From contig CAYTXV010000005.1 of the NCBI GenBank assembly GCA_964441495.1, positions 1 to 59,123 on the forward strand: 59,123 nt of DNA. The letters run 5' to 3'. The position numbers and the translations under genes are program-made. Source of the stretch: an uncultured Candidatus Saccharibacteria bacterium (lineage in GTDB: Bacteria > Patescibacteriota > Minisyncoccia > Phycocordibacterales > UBA9973). Under the pieces are notes generated by a model. It was not told where the DNA came from and did not search any database. It saw only the letters and a program-made list of their open reading frames with translations. Positions 25,840 to 35,478 of this stretch are shown here, piece by piece. Position 1 is the first letter of the stretch, and each line of letters starts with the position of its first letter.

Positions 25840-26382
25840 ATGATCACCATCATCGGACTCGGCAATCCAGGCACAAAGTATGAAGCAAACCGTCACAATA
25901 TCGGGTTTCAGGTACTCGATCGACTTGCGACCAATTTTGCACCTGACAAGTACGCACACGCACTCGTTGCGCCCTATGACGGCATGCGCCTCGTCAAACC
26001 CGAGACGTTCATGAACGAGTCTGGTCGCTCTGCGCACCACTACATCGATGACACGATAGTTGTGGTCTATGACGACATCGATATCCCACTTGGTACTGTG
26101 AAGTGTTCATTTGATAGAGGTGCAGGTGGACACAACGGCGTCCAAAGCATCATCGATCACCTCGGAACGACTGCATTTGCACGTATCCGTGTGGGCGTGC
26201 GGCCAGTGCACGAGGAGCTCCTGCCACGCATCGCACCACCGGACGGGTTTGAGAAATTCCTTCTGTCAGACTTTGCACCGATGGAAGGTGAGCTCCGCGA
26301 GCAAGGCATCACACACGCGCTCCAGATCATCGAAGCGCTCAAAACCAAGAGTTTCGAGGAGGTGATGAATGAGTTTAACTAA
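25840..26382 (+). CDS. pth: Peptidyl-tRNA hydrolase
   Basis: The motif GLGNPGTKYEANRHNIGF. Confidence 0.9.
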   Translation: MITIIGLGNPGTKYEANRHNIGFQVLDRLATNFAPDKYAHALVAPYDGMRLVKPETFMNESGRSAHHYIDDTIVVVYDDIDIPLGTVKCSFDRGAGGHNGVQSIIDHLGTTAFARIRVGVRPVHEELLPRIAPPDGFEKFLLSDFAPMEGELREQGITHALQIIEALKTKSFEEVMNEFN

Positions 26383-26386
26383 AATA

Positions 26387-26414
26387 TTGACAACGCACGA
26401 TTCTATGATAATTT
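26387..26414 (+). promoter_or_regulatory. Promoter TTGACA-16 nt-TAATTT (TGa extended)
   Basis: Read directly from the sequence, upstream of 26430. Confidence 0.4.
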
Positions 26415-26429
26415 CAAAAGAAAATTATC

Positions 26430-26756
26430 ATGAAAAGTCTATTTGTACTGACCATGTTTTTTACGATGGGTTGTTGCGACTGCCTCCCAACTCGTTTTGC
26501 TGTTATTTCTAAATCCCTTACCGATACCACCATTGTACGGGTTGGGTATTTAAAATTTGAAAACACTCCTAAGAACCCAACAATCAATGATTCGTTGTGG
26601 GTTGGTTTAAATTTACAAAAACAAATTGTTGGTTGTGATACAGGAAAAGCTCACCCAACAAGAAATTGTTATGTAACTACGAGTGGAATGTTTTCTCAGT
26701 ACTCAGATACTATCCCTGTTGTATTTGAAAAAGCAAAGATAGTTAAGGTTTTTTAA
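26430..26756 (+). CDS. Small putative lipoprotein (108 aa)
   Basis: The N-terminus MKSLFVLTMFFTMGCCDC (lipobox-like MGC). The cassette is AT-rich and has its own terminator. Confidence 0.4.
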   Translation: MKSLFVLTMFFTMGCCDCLPTRFAVISKSLTDTTIVRVGYLKFENTPKNPTINDSLWVGLNLQKQIVGCDTGKAHPTRNCYVTTSGMFSQYSDTIPVVFEKAKIVKVF

Positions 26757-26759
26757 TGA

Positions 26760-26797
26760 AAATCGCCTCACATTTTGTGAGGCGATTTCTTTTTTTA
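26760..26797. terminator. Bidirectional terminator
   Basis: A 12-bp perfect stem, aaatcgcctcac / gtgaggcgattt, then ctttttttatt. Confidence 0.8.
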
Positions 26798-26798
26798 T

Positions 26799-27926
26799 TT
26801 ACTCTTTTACAGCTTCTTTTTGCTCACCATAGACGAGCGTCATGCGCTGTTCTTTGGGTTCAAAGAGAGTGACTGTAAACGGATAGGTCTTGCCAAGCTG
26901 GAGTGCTTCGCGGAGCTTTTCTTCGCTACCAAATGTTGATTGGTGTACGAGTCCAGCAACACCTTCCTTGATAGAAACGAGTGCGCCGTGCTTGTTGTAC
27001 TTGATGACCACACCTTTGACAGTGTCACCCTTTTTGAGTGACCCTTCAAATGATTTCCAAGGATTTTCTTTGAGTGCCTTGATAGAGAGTGAGATCTTGC
27101 CGTCTTTGATGTCGATGATCTTTGCTTTCACTTTGTCCTTGAGTTTGAACATAGAGCGTGGATCTTCGACGAGGCCCCAGTCGAGCTCACTGATGTGAAC
27201 GAGTCCTTCGAGACCGTCCTCAATCTTGAGGAACACACCAAAGTCAACGATACCAGTGACTTCACACGTGAGCTCATCGCCAACTGCGTAGCGTGAGACA
27301 ACTTCTTGGCGATCCTCAGGGTTGCTATCCTTTTCAGAAAAGATGATTTTGCCATCCTTTGGGTTTGCACTGATCATCATCACGCCGAGCTTGGTACCGA
27401 TGAGTTTCTTGAGTTCACGGAGGATCTTGTCTTTGTCAGAGTCTTCGACACGAGGGTAGTGCTCAGCCTTGAGTTGAGATGCAGGGAGAAATCCTGACAC
27501 ACCTTGCCAATCGATGATTAGGCCACCTTTGTTTGCATCCTTGATCGAGAGTTCAAAGATAGTTTTGTCTTTGATTGCAAGCTCAGCCTCACTCCACAGA
27601 AGTGCCGCTTTTGCTTCCTTGAGAGAGAGCTCGATGTAGCCATCACTGTTTTCGGTGTCGACGACTTTTGCTTTGATCACATCACCGATGCTTGTTTTCT
27701 TGATGAGGTCACGAGCGGCGATGTACTCGCGGCCGTAGATGATACCGGTACCGTATGGTGCGAGGTCGATGTAGATCGCAGCCTTGTCGATGCCGATGAC
27801 TGGACCTTCGACGAGTTCGTCCATACGAGGGCGGTGTGGACCTTCATCTACTGCGTCAGCTGAAACCTCAACAGGGACTGCCTTTGGTTCCATTTCTTCT
27901 AACTTTGTTTCTGTCTTTTTTGCCAT
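26799..27926 (-). CDS. rpsA: 30S ribosomal protein S1-like (four S1 domains)
   Basis: Repeated S1 OB-fold motifs, for example G.V..I.DFGVFLKIEDGLEGLVHISE. Confidence 0.85.
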   Translation of the reverse strand: MAKKTETKLEEMEPKAVPVEVSADAVDEGPHRPRMDELVEGPVIGIDKAAIYIDLAPYGTGIIYGREYIAARDLIKKTSIGDVIKAKVVDTENSDGYIELSLKEAKAALLWSEAELAIKDKTIFELSIKDANKGGLIIDWQGVSGFLPASQLKAEHYPRVEDSDKDKILRELKKLIGTKLGVMMISANPKDGKIIFSEKDSNPEDRQEVVSRYAVGDELTCEVTGIVDFGVFLKIEDGLEGLVHISELDWGLVEDPRSMFKLKDKVKAKIIDIKDGKISLSIKALKENPWKSFEGSLKKGDTVKGVVIKYNKHGALVSIKEGVAGLVHQSTFGSEEKLREALQLGKTYPFTVTLFEPKEQRMTLVYGEQKEAVKE

Positions 27927-28126
27927 AAATATATAAATAAAAATGCGCCACAGAGGTGGCGATCCGGTAAGCCTTGTTTGTAGCTCCCGAACTGCCTACC
28001 AAGATTTCGTCTGCCATTTGGAGCACAGACGAGGTTATTCCTAATAGGTTACTTATTAACTCCGTAGAGTGGTCATACCATAGCATTTTTTGATGAAAGT
28101 ATCAATAGTATCTGACCTACTGTTTC

Positions 28127-28135
28127 TGCTATACT
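28127..28135 (+). promoter_or_regulatory. Extended -10 box TGCTATACT, 8 nt from ATG 28144
   Basis: Read directly from the sequence. Confidence 0.5.
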
Positions 28136-28143
28136 AACGACCT

Positions 28144-28755
28144 ATGGTTATCACATACTACGACCGGCAATACTTCAAACTCACCCTCGGGGACCTCACG
28201 ATTGCGACCAATCCGCCGAGCAAATCCTTGAAGCCCTCACGCTTCGGCGCAGACATCGCGCTCATCACGACCAATGTCGAGGAAGGAAACGACCCAGAAA
28301 CTGTGTCACTTGGAGACAAAGCACCGTTTGTGATCGATAGTGCAGGCAGCTATGAAGTACAGAGTCTCTTTTTCAGCGGAGCGCCAACCACAGTCTCTAT
28401 CGATGGGGTAGAGCGTATCAATACAGTGTACGGATTTGAACTCGACGGGATCAAGATAGCGTTTCTCGGCGCTGCATATGATGACAAGGCGTTTTCTCCC
28501 GAAGCAAAAGAGATAGCATCGCAAGCAGATATGGTATTTGTCAGCATTGGTCAAGACCCAGCACTCGCGTATAAAACTGCGACAAGTTTCGATCCCAATG
28601 TGATCATCCCGATGGACTATGATGCAGAGAGTCTCAGGCGATTTCTCAAAGAGGGTGGTCAGGACAAAAACGAACCACAAGACAAAGCAACACTCAAACG
28701 TCGAGATCTCGATGGCAAAGAAGGATTTATCATAGTACTTGCACCTCAGGGCTAA
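28144..28755 (+). CDS. Degenerate metallo-beta-lactamase-fold (UPF0173-like) protein
   Basis: The length and strand pattern resemble YtkL/UPF0173 hydrolases, but the HxHxDH position reads TTNVEEGND. The call is tentative. Confidence 0.4.
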   Translation: MVITYYDRQYFKLTLGDLTIATNPPSKSLKPSRFGADIALITTNVEEGNDPETVSLGDKAPFVIDSAGSYEVQSLFFSGAPTTVSIDGVERINTVYGFELDGIKIAFLGAAYDDKAFSPEAKEIASQADMVFVSIGQDPALAYKTATSFDPNVIIPMDYDAESLRRFLKEGGQDKNEPQDKATLKRRDLDGKEGFIIVLAPQG

Positions 28756-28761
28756 AAACAT

Positions 28762-28959
28762 ATGCTCGAAGACCGACCACAGCATGTACGCAAGCGAATC
28801 GCGCTTCTCGTTGCAGGCGGGGTAGGGATCGTACTTGTTGCGATACTTGTCGCTATGTATACAACCAAACAAGGTGAGCACACTGATTCTGGCGCAAAAT
28901 TAAAGGATTTTTACACCACACTCCGGGCTACAGGACAATCGTTTTTTGAAGGGAAATAA
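28762..28959 (+). CDS. Small single-pass membrane protein (65 aa)
   Basis: ATG-started ORF with a central TM helix ([21 protein letters not shown]). Confidence 0.35.
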   Translation: MLEDRPQHVRKRIALLVAGGVGIVLVAILVAMYTTKQGEHTDSGAKLKDFYTTLRATGQSFFEGK

Positions 28960-28979
28960 GGTACAATAGAAGGATAGTT

Positions 28980-31433
28980 ATGGCCAAAAAAGCTCCAGAA
29001 CCACAACCAGCTATGCCGCGACAGAGTGTCATCCCGGTCAATATCACCACAGAGATGCGTACGAGCTTCATCGACTATGCGATGTCGGTGATCACTGATC
29101 GTGCACTTCCTGATGTGCGTGATGGACTCAAGCCGGTGCACCGTCGCATCCTCTATGCGATGTACAAAAACGGCCTCACTGCGAGTGCAAAGTTTCGTAA
29201 AAGTGCGCTCATCGTCGGTGATGTGCTCGGTAAATACCACCCGCACGGTGATCAGTCAGTTTATGACGCCATGGTCAAGATGGCGCAAGAGTTTAGTTAC
29301 CGATACCCATTGATCAAAGGACAAGGAAACTTCGGTTCTGTTGATGGAGACGCTGCTGCTGCGATGCGTTATACCGAAGCCAAGATGAGTAAGTTTGCGA
29401 TGGAGATGATCCGCGACATCGAAAAGGAAACGATCGACTATCGTCCCAACTATGACGCAACACTCAATGAACCAGTGGTGATGCCAACTGCAGTACCAAA
29501 CCTACTCTTGAACGGTACGCTCGGTATCGCAGTGGGTATGGCGACCAACATCGCACCGCACAACCTCGGTGAAGTCATCGACGCGTGTTTGTATATGATC
29601 GAGCACGATGATGCGACCAACGAAGATCTCGCAAACATCATCCAAGGTCCAGATTTCCCAACCGGCGGTATTGCATTTAACAAAGCAGACATTGCGCATG
29701 CATTTGCAACAGGGCGCGGTGGTGTGGTGTGTCGTGGCGAAGCTGAGATCGCTGAAACAAAAAGTGGTGTGTATCAGATCACAGTGACCTCGCTCCCATA
29801 TCAGGTGGTGCGTTCAAGCTTCGTCGAATCAATCGCATCACTTGTCCAAGAAAAGAAGCTCGAAGGTATTAAAAACCTCGACGATTTCTCAGCGGCAGAC
29901 ACACGTGTTGTTATCACACTCAAAAGTGGGGTCAATCCACAAAAAGTGCTCAACTATCTCTACAAGCACACACAGCTTGAGCAAACATTTCACTACAACA
30001 TGGTGGCACTTGTTGATGGTGTCCCAGAAACACTTTCACTCAAGTCAATCCTTTCTTCGTTTATTGCGCACCGTGAAGACGTCGTCCGTCGTCGTACTGC
30101 ATATGACCTCGCAAAGGCAAAAGATCGCGAGCATATCTTGCTCGGTCTCAAAAAGGCGCTCGACCACATCGACCGCATCATCACGATCATTCGCGGATCC
30201 AAAGATGTCCCAACTGCAAAAACAAACCTTATCAAAGAATTTAAATTCTCAGACCTCCAGGCAGATGCGATCCTTGAGATGCGCCTCCAGAAACTTGCTG
30301 GACTTGAACGCAAAGCTGTTGAACAAGAGCTCAAAGAAAAACAAGAACTCATCGCAGAACTCGAAGCACTCCTTGCAAGTGCAAAGAAAATATTTAAAGT
30401 TATCGGCGATGAACTTCGTGATATCAAAGACAAGTATGCAGATGAGCGCCGCACCAAGATAGTCGCAGGCGGTACCAAACAAATCTCTGATGAAGATCTC
30501 ATCCCTGAAAAAGAATCAGTACTCGTCCTCACCGCAGGAGGGTATGTGAAGCGTACCGATCCAGGTGAATACAAGATCCAAAAGCGTGGCGGCGTAGGTG
30601 TAGTAGACCTTGAAACTAAAGAAGAAGATTTTGTGACAACACTTCTGACAACTGATACACACTCAGACCTTCTCTTCTTTACCAACAAGGGTAAGGCATA
30701 TCAGATCAAGATGTACGACATCCCTGAAGGCAAGCGTGCAACCAAAGGTAAATCAATCATGAACTACCTCTCGCTCAGTGCTGATGAACAAGTGACAAGT
30801 GTCCTTGCGGTCCCCAAACATGCCAAACAAGAAAAGGCATCACTGTTTCTCATCACACGAAACGGTACTGCCAAGAAAATGACGTATGATAGTTTCAAAG
30901 ACGTCAGACGCAACGGCATCATCGCTATCAGACTTGATCCACACGACGAGCTCCAAGCAGCGCTTCGTGTACAAAAGGGGCAGAGCATCATCCTTGCAAG
31001 TAAAGAGGGGCAATCAATCAGATTTGCAGAGAGTGATGTGCGTGAGATGGGGCGTACCGCAGGTGGTGTACGCGCAATGAAACTCGGTAAACATGACAGT
31101 ATCGTCGGAGCAAATGTGATCACAACAGAAGAAGCAACCTATCTCCTCACGATGGGTGCAAACGGTATCGGCAAAAAGACCAAGATAGGTGAATACAAAG
31201 TGCAAAAGCGCGGCGGAAGCGGTATCAAAACCGCAAAGATCACTCCCAAAACAGGCGCGCTCATGGTTGCGATGGTGGTACATGATGGGACTGAGCTTGT
31301 TGCAATGAGTAAAAAGGGACAAGTCATCCGTGTGGACCTTGCAACGATTCCTTCATCGGGGCGACAGACACAAGGTGTCACTATCATGAAGCTTCGTGCA
31401 GGAGATACGCTTGCATCAGTGACATCACTCTAA
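28980..31433 (+). CDS. gyrA: DNA gyrase subunit A
   Basis: [12 protein letters not shown] and AAAMRYTE (active-site Tyr), followed by C-terminal beta-pinwheel repeats. Confidence 0.95.
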   Translation: MAKKAPEPQPAMPRQSVIPVNITTEMRTSFIDYAMSVITDRALPDVRDGLKPVHRRILYAMYKNGLTASAKFRKSALIVGDVLGKYHPHGDQSVYDAMVKMAQEFSYRYPLIKGQGNFGSVDGDAAAAMRYTEAKMSKFAMEMIRDIEKETIDYRPNYDATLNEPVVMPTAVPNLLLNGTLGIAVGMATNIAPHNLGEVIDACLYMIEHDDATNEDLANIIQGPDFPTGGIAFNKADIAHAFATGRGGVVCRGEAEIAETKSGVYQITVTSLPYQVVRSSFVESIASLVQEKKLEGIKNLDDFSAADTRVVITLKSGVNPQKVLNYLYKHTQLEQTFHYNMVALVDGVPETLSLKSILSSFIAHREDVVRRRTAYDLAKAKDREHILLGLKKALDHIDRIITIIRGSKDVPTAKTNLIKEFKFSDLQADAILEMRLQKLAGLERKAVEQELKEKQELIAELEALLASAKKIFKVIGDELRDIKDKYADERRTKIVAGGTKQISDEDLIPEKESVLVLTAGGYVKRTDPGEYKIQKRGGVGVVDLETKEEDFVTTLLTTDTHSDLLFFTNKGKAYQIKMYDIPEGKRATKGKSIMNYLSLSADEQVTSVLAVPKHAKQEKASLFLITRNGTAKKMTYDSFKDVRRNGIIAIRLDPHDELQAALRVQKGQSIILASKEGQSIRFAESDVREMGRTAGGVRAMKLGKHDSIVGANVITTEEATYLLTMGANGIGKKTKIGEYKVQKRGGSGIKTAKITPKTGALMVAMVVHDGTELVAMSKKGQVIRVDLATIPSSGRQTQGVTIMKLRAGDTLASVTSL

Positions 31434-31455
31434 CAGAGAGTGTATACTAGTATCC

Positions 31456-31980
31456 ATGTTCATGGATCCTTCAGCGCTCCTTGCGCCGTGCAATCTTCAA
31501 ACAACAGATACTGTTGCTGACTTTGGTGCAGGGACAGGGTTTCTCGCAAAGGCTGCGCTTGCGTATGTTCCCAAAGGAAATGTATTTGCGATTGAGATCA
31601 ATCGCGACATGGTGACCAGACTTACTCGAGAAGCGACTGAAATGCATGCAAACAATCTCCATGCTATCTGGGGAGACATCGAAGTCCCCGGAGGATGCAA
31701 ACTCGCTGATGAATCAGTTGATTTTGTGATACTTTCCAACACACTCTTTTATCTCGAGGACCGAGCAGGTGCGATGACTGAAGCGGTGCGCGTGCTCAAA
31801 CCAGGAGGACGACTCCTTGTGGTTGATTGGACAGAGAGTTTCGGAGGGATGGGTCCACGACCAGACTCTGTACTCACCAAAGCACAAGCAGAAGCGCTCG
31901 CAAGTAGGTTCGGACTCACTGTACTCACCGACACACTGCCTGCAGGTGCGCATCACTATGCTATACTTTTCAGGAAGTAG
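31456..31980 (+). CDS. Class I SAM-dependent methyltransferase
   Basis: Motif I VADFGAGTGFLA and post-I/II LKPGGRLLVVDW. Confidence 0.8.
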   Translation: MFMDPSALLAPCNLQTTDTVADFGAGTGFLAKAALAYVPKGNVFAIEINRDMVTRLTREATEMHANNLHAIWGDIEVPGGCKLADESVDFVILSNTLFYLEDRAGAMTEAVRVLKPGGRLLVVDWTESFGGMGPRPDSVLTKAQAEALASRFGLTVLTDTLPAGAHHYAILFRK

Positions 31981-31992
31981 TCATCTATCGAC

Positions 31993-33300
31993 ATGAAATC
32001 ATCATTTCAAACAATCTTGGTCGTGGTGTTCGCCGCACTCTTTGTCGGTGCGGTTGTTGTGTTCTCGGGGTTGATACCTATTGGGTCAAAGCAGGACGCC
32101 GCAAAACCACAAGGCAATGTTGTGATGTGGGGTACGGTACCACAGACACTTATGCAGGCATACCTCGACACTCTCAACACAGCAAATACTGACTATACGA
32201 TATCCTATGTAGAGCGCAGGAGTGATACCTTCAATCAAGATCTTATCATTGCACTTGCAAACGGTACGCCCCCAGACCTTCTCCTTTTTCCTTCAGAGCA
32301 ATTTACTACGTTCAAAGACAAACTGTACCCGATTCCGTATTCTGTGTATACAGAACGTACGTACCGTGATACCAACATCGATGGTGCACAAATTTTTCTT
32401 TCAAAAAACGGAGTTCTCGCAGCGCCTCTAGTTGTCGACCCGCTTGTTGTGTACTACAACAAAGACCTTTTGGCACAAGCAAAACTTATTCTCCCACCAA
32501 AGACGTGGTCAACACTACAGCAAACTATACCGCTACTTACCAGGCGCGATAGTCGTAACGTGATCACTCAGTCAACTATAGCGCTTGGTACTGGAACAAA
32601 TGTTGATCATGTGAAAGACATCCTTGCAACTTTGTTTTTGCAAACAGGAAATAATATCATTTCTTATGATGGGGTGTCAGGTACGGATACTGTCGTACTC
32701 GGTGCAACACCTGCAAGTGCGCAAAGCGCTCCGACTGCTCAAGCGCTCAACTTTTATACGAGCTTTGCAAATCCAACAAGTGCGAACTATTCGTGGAGCA
32801 CTGCATTTCCTGATAGCCTCAACCAGTTCCTTGCAGGCAAAAGTGCGTTTTATATCGGACGAGCAAGTCAGCTCTTTACGATCCAGTCACAAAATCCAAA
32901 CCTCAACTTTGATGTGATTGAAATGTTTCAGACCGGAGCAACAACACGTCCCGTTACGTTTGGCTCATTTCTTGCTGTCGGAGTCCTTGCCAAGGCGCCA
33001 AACTTTGTGACCGCATATACTGCTGCTGGTGCATTAGGACAACCAGCAAACGTTGATACGCTTTCAAAAATACTTGCTCTGCCACCGGTGCGTCGAGACC
33101 TCCTCTTGGTGCCTCAGTCAAATCCATATGTTGCAACATTTTTCTCAGCAGCACTTTCTTCGTTTGCGTGGCCAGATCCAGACCCAAATCAGACAACGGT
33201 AGTGTTTCGCGACATGGTCACAGGAGTACTTAGTGGCAGGTATGATCCAGACATTGCGATATTTGAAACAGTCAAGAAACTACAATCACTCATTCGATAA
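31993..33300 (+). CDS. Extracellular solute-binding protein (ABC family-1-like), TM-anchored, with no cognate permease nearby
   Basis: N-terminal TM anchor, then GTPPDLLLF and VVYYNKDLLAQAKLILPPKTWSTL, which are typical of sugar SBPs. Confidence 0.65.
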   Translation: MKSSFQTILVVVFAALFVGAVVVFSGLIPIGSKQDAAKPQGNVVMWGTVPQTLMQAYLDTLNTANTDYTISYVERRSDTFNQDLIIALANGTPPDLLLFPSEQFTTFKDKLYPIPYSVYTERTYRDTNIDGAQIFLSKNGVLAAPLVVDPLVVYYNKDLLAQAKLILPPKTWSTLQQTIPLLTRRDSRNVITQSTIALGTGTNVDHVKDILATLFLQTGNNIISYDGVSGTDTVVLGATPASAQSAPTAQALNFYTSFANPTSANYSWSTAFPDSLNQFLAGKSAFYIGRASQLFTIQSQNPNLNFDVIEMFQTGATTRPVTFGSFLAVGVLAKAPNFVTAYTAAGALGQPANVDTLSKILALPPVRRDLLLVPQSNPYVATFFSAALSSFAWPDPDPNQTTVVFRDMVTGVLSGRYDPDIAIFETVKKLQSLIR

Positions 33301-33302
33301 CT

Positions 33303-34334
33303 ATGAAATATTTCACTACACTGTGTCTCATACTTACTGCTTTGTGGACGACGACTGTCTCTGCTGCAGACCTCACCCTTACCGCAAGCGGAGTCACCGG
33401 CAACTCTGTATCTGTCAGCATCAAAAACAATGGACCTGTAGGAGTAAATCCAGATGGTACATACAAGAGTACGTTAACCGGTAGGCTTTATGCGATCAAT
33501 ACAACCTCTGGCAGAGAAGAAAATAGTGTGGATATAGGTGTGGTCGTAGGTGGTGCATCCAAATCTGTAACCATTATCAATCTCAATCCAAATACAGCAT
33601 ACAGTGTTGAGTTTCAAGAAGGAGGAGGCTTTTATAATGCAACACAAGTTATCAAAAAGATAACTATGCGGACAGCGCAGGGAACAGTGATCTGTAGAGC
33701 GCCCAAGATTTTGGTAAATGGTGTATGTGTTGATCCGCCACCAGCTCAGCAGCAAACACAACCTACTCAAACCCCTCCTGTCAATACTCCTGCAATCACT
33801 CCAACAACTCCTGTACAATCAGCATCTACAAGTCCAGATCAGTGTAACGATGGTATCGACAATCAGGTCGGTGACGGCAAGAATTACGGATACGGTATCG
33901 GTGCAGGTGATCGCAAAGCAGATCGGTACGGTGTTGTCGGTATGGAGCCAGATCCGAGCTGTTTTGCAACGTCGGTAAAAGTAGAAAAAGGTGATGATCT
34001 CGCGTACAACTCTGATGGTACTCCAGCAAGTGTTATCCCATGTACAGACAAGTGCACCTTTGGAGATGTGTTTCGACTCCTTAACAACATCATTAGTTTC
34101 TTTTTCAAGGTTATCCTGATACCGTTATTTATCATCATCCTCATCTATGCAGGGGTCAAATACATCACTGCCGAAGGCAATCCTGCCAAGATCGCAAACC
34201 TACGCAAGATACTCTGGAACATCACAAAAGGTATCATCCTCATGCTCTGTTCATGGCTCATCGTACGCACGATCATGACGACGCTTCTGAATGAAGAATT
34301 TAAACAAAGTGGGGTAGAATTCTTGGGAGAGTAA
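33303..34334 (+). CDS. Surface protein: signal peptide + FN3-like domain + Thr/Pro/Gln linker + Cys-containing domain + C-terminal VirB2/TrbC-like pilin module (paralog A)
   Basis: Signal peptide MKYFTTLCLILTALWTTTVSA. The C-terminus reads IPLFIIILIYAGVKYITAEGNPAKIANLRKILWNITKGIILMLCSWLIV. Confidence 0.7.
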   Translation: MKYFTTLCLILTALWTTTVSAADLTLTASGVTGNSVSVSIKNNGPVGVNPDGTYKSTLTGRLYAINTTSGREENSVDIGVVVGGASKSVTIINLNPNTAYSVEFQEGGGFYNATQVIKKITMRTAQGTVICRAPKILVNGVCVDPPPAQQQTQPTQTPPVNTPAITPTTPVQSASTSPDQCNDGIDNQVGDGKNYGYGIGAGDRKADRYGVVGMEPDPSCFATSVKVEKGDDLAYNSDGTPASVIPCTDKCTFGDVFRLLNNIISFFFKVILIPLFIIILIYAGVKYITAEGNPAKIANLRKILWNITKGIILMLCSWLIVRTIMTTLLNEEFKQSGVEFLGE

Positions 34335-34352
34335 CGCTATACTACTGTGAGT

Positions 34353-35477
34353 ATGAAACCATATCTCATCTCTGTGCTTACAATACTTCTTGTGGTGTTG
34401 TCTCCGCAGCGCGCGCTTGCAAACCACTTCAGTTGTACTGCAACAACAACCGAAACAACTGCCACACTCACAGTTCGCACGACGCAACCTGGTATCTTTG
34501 CGACACAATACGTCAAGATAGTCGATGCTGCAAACTCGACAATGGACGGTACGATAGCCCCGTTTGAATCAATCGATCAAACAGCTGATACAAGTGTGTA
34601 TACATACCGATACCTTGATCCTGGCAAAACATACAAAGCAGTCGTATACGACAGAGCAGGCTTATTTGTCGAAGATATCAAAGGGTGTACCTTTACTACC
34701 AAGGGCGGAACTACTACCCCCACACAAACACCAACTACTCCAAATCTCCCGTTTCGTATCAGTATCCAGGACAAGACTGCAACAAGTGCAAAGATAAACG
34801 CACAATCACTCCTGCCGTTTTCGACACTAGGAGAATTCCAGCTTCGTAAATATGTCGGACAAACAGCAAGTGCGCAGACACAGGTCTCCTACTGTACGAG
34901 CAGTACGTTTGCATCTGCAGAAACAGTGCAGTGTATTGTGACTGGGCTTGCACCAGCTACACGATACCTTGTCATTGTGATTGCAAATGGACCAGATAAC
35001 AGACAGTACAGTGCGCCGATGGAGTTCACAACTCTTGCACAAACCAGTACCACTCCTGTTGGTACTGGTACTAACACAGGTAGTCCATCTCCAGGGAGTG
35101 GCAACACAGGTAGTCCATCTCCAGGACAAGATAGTGGTATCCCTATGACGACGACCGGATCTGGTTCTGTCGCAACGACAGCAGGCATCCAGGCAGGAGG
35201 ACTGTTTGAAGTCAAACTCAAAAACCCCCTCAAAGTAAATAACATTTCAGATGCAATCAAGTTTTTCTTGGACGTCCTTATCAAGATCGCGATTCCATTT
35301 ATTGTGATATTCTTTATTTGGTCAGGACTCAAGTTTATCCTTGCGCAAGGTAACCCTACCGAAATCACCAAAGCAAAAAAGATGTTTTGGTATACGATCA
35401 TCGGGACACTCCTCATCCTAGGCGCATGGACGATCACCAATGCGGTTATCGGCACTATCAACTCAATCATCAACTAA
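34353..35477 (+). CDS. Surface protein: signal peptide + two FN3-like domains + Gly/Ser/Pro linker + VirB2/TrbC-like pilin module (paralog B)
   Basis: The C-terminus reads IPFIVIFFIWSGLKFILAQGNPTEITKAKKMFWYTIIGTLLILGAWTI. The track ORF starts at GTG 34347; I prefer ATG 34353, which has TATACT 9 nt upstream. Confidence 0.7.
   Translation: MKPYLISVLTILLVVLSPQRALANHFSCTATTTETTATLTVRTTQPGIFATQYVKIVDAANSTMDGTIAPFESIDQTADTSVYTYRYLDPGKTYKAVVYDRAGLFVEDIKGCTFTTKGGTTTPTQTPTTPNLPFRISIQDKTATSAKINAQSLLPFSTLGEFQLRKYVGQTASAQTQVSYCTSSTFASAETVQCIVTGLAPATRYLVIVIANGPDNRQYSAPMEFTTLAQTSTTPVGTGTNTGSPSPGSGNTGSPSPGQDSGIPMTTTGSGSVATTAGIQAGGLFEVKLKNPLKVNNISDAIKFFLDVLIKIAIPFIVIFFIWSGLKFILAQGNPTEITKAKKMFWYTIIGTLLILGAWTITNAVIGTINSIIN
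35073..35125 (+). repeat. Direct tandem duplication (23-nt perfect core, 30-nt period) inside the paralog B linker
   Basis: aacacaggtagtccatctccagg occurs at 35073-35095 and again at 35103-35125, encoding NTGSPSPG twice. Confidence 0.85.
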
Positions 35478-35478
35478 C

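Noticed and set aside
27940-28100. A possible SRP (4.5S) RNA, RNase P RNA or 6S RNA in the long rpsA-upstream intergenic region.
   Set aside because: I could not find the conserved SRP helix-8 motifs (GGAA tetraloop with AGCA symmetric loop), the RNase P GAGGAAAGUCC motif, or end-to-end 6S-like pairing on either strand. I kept it only as an unclassified structured region.
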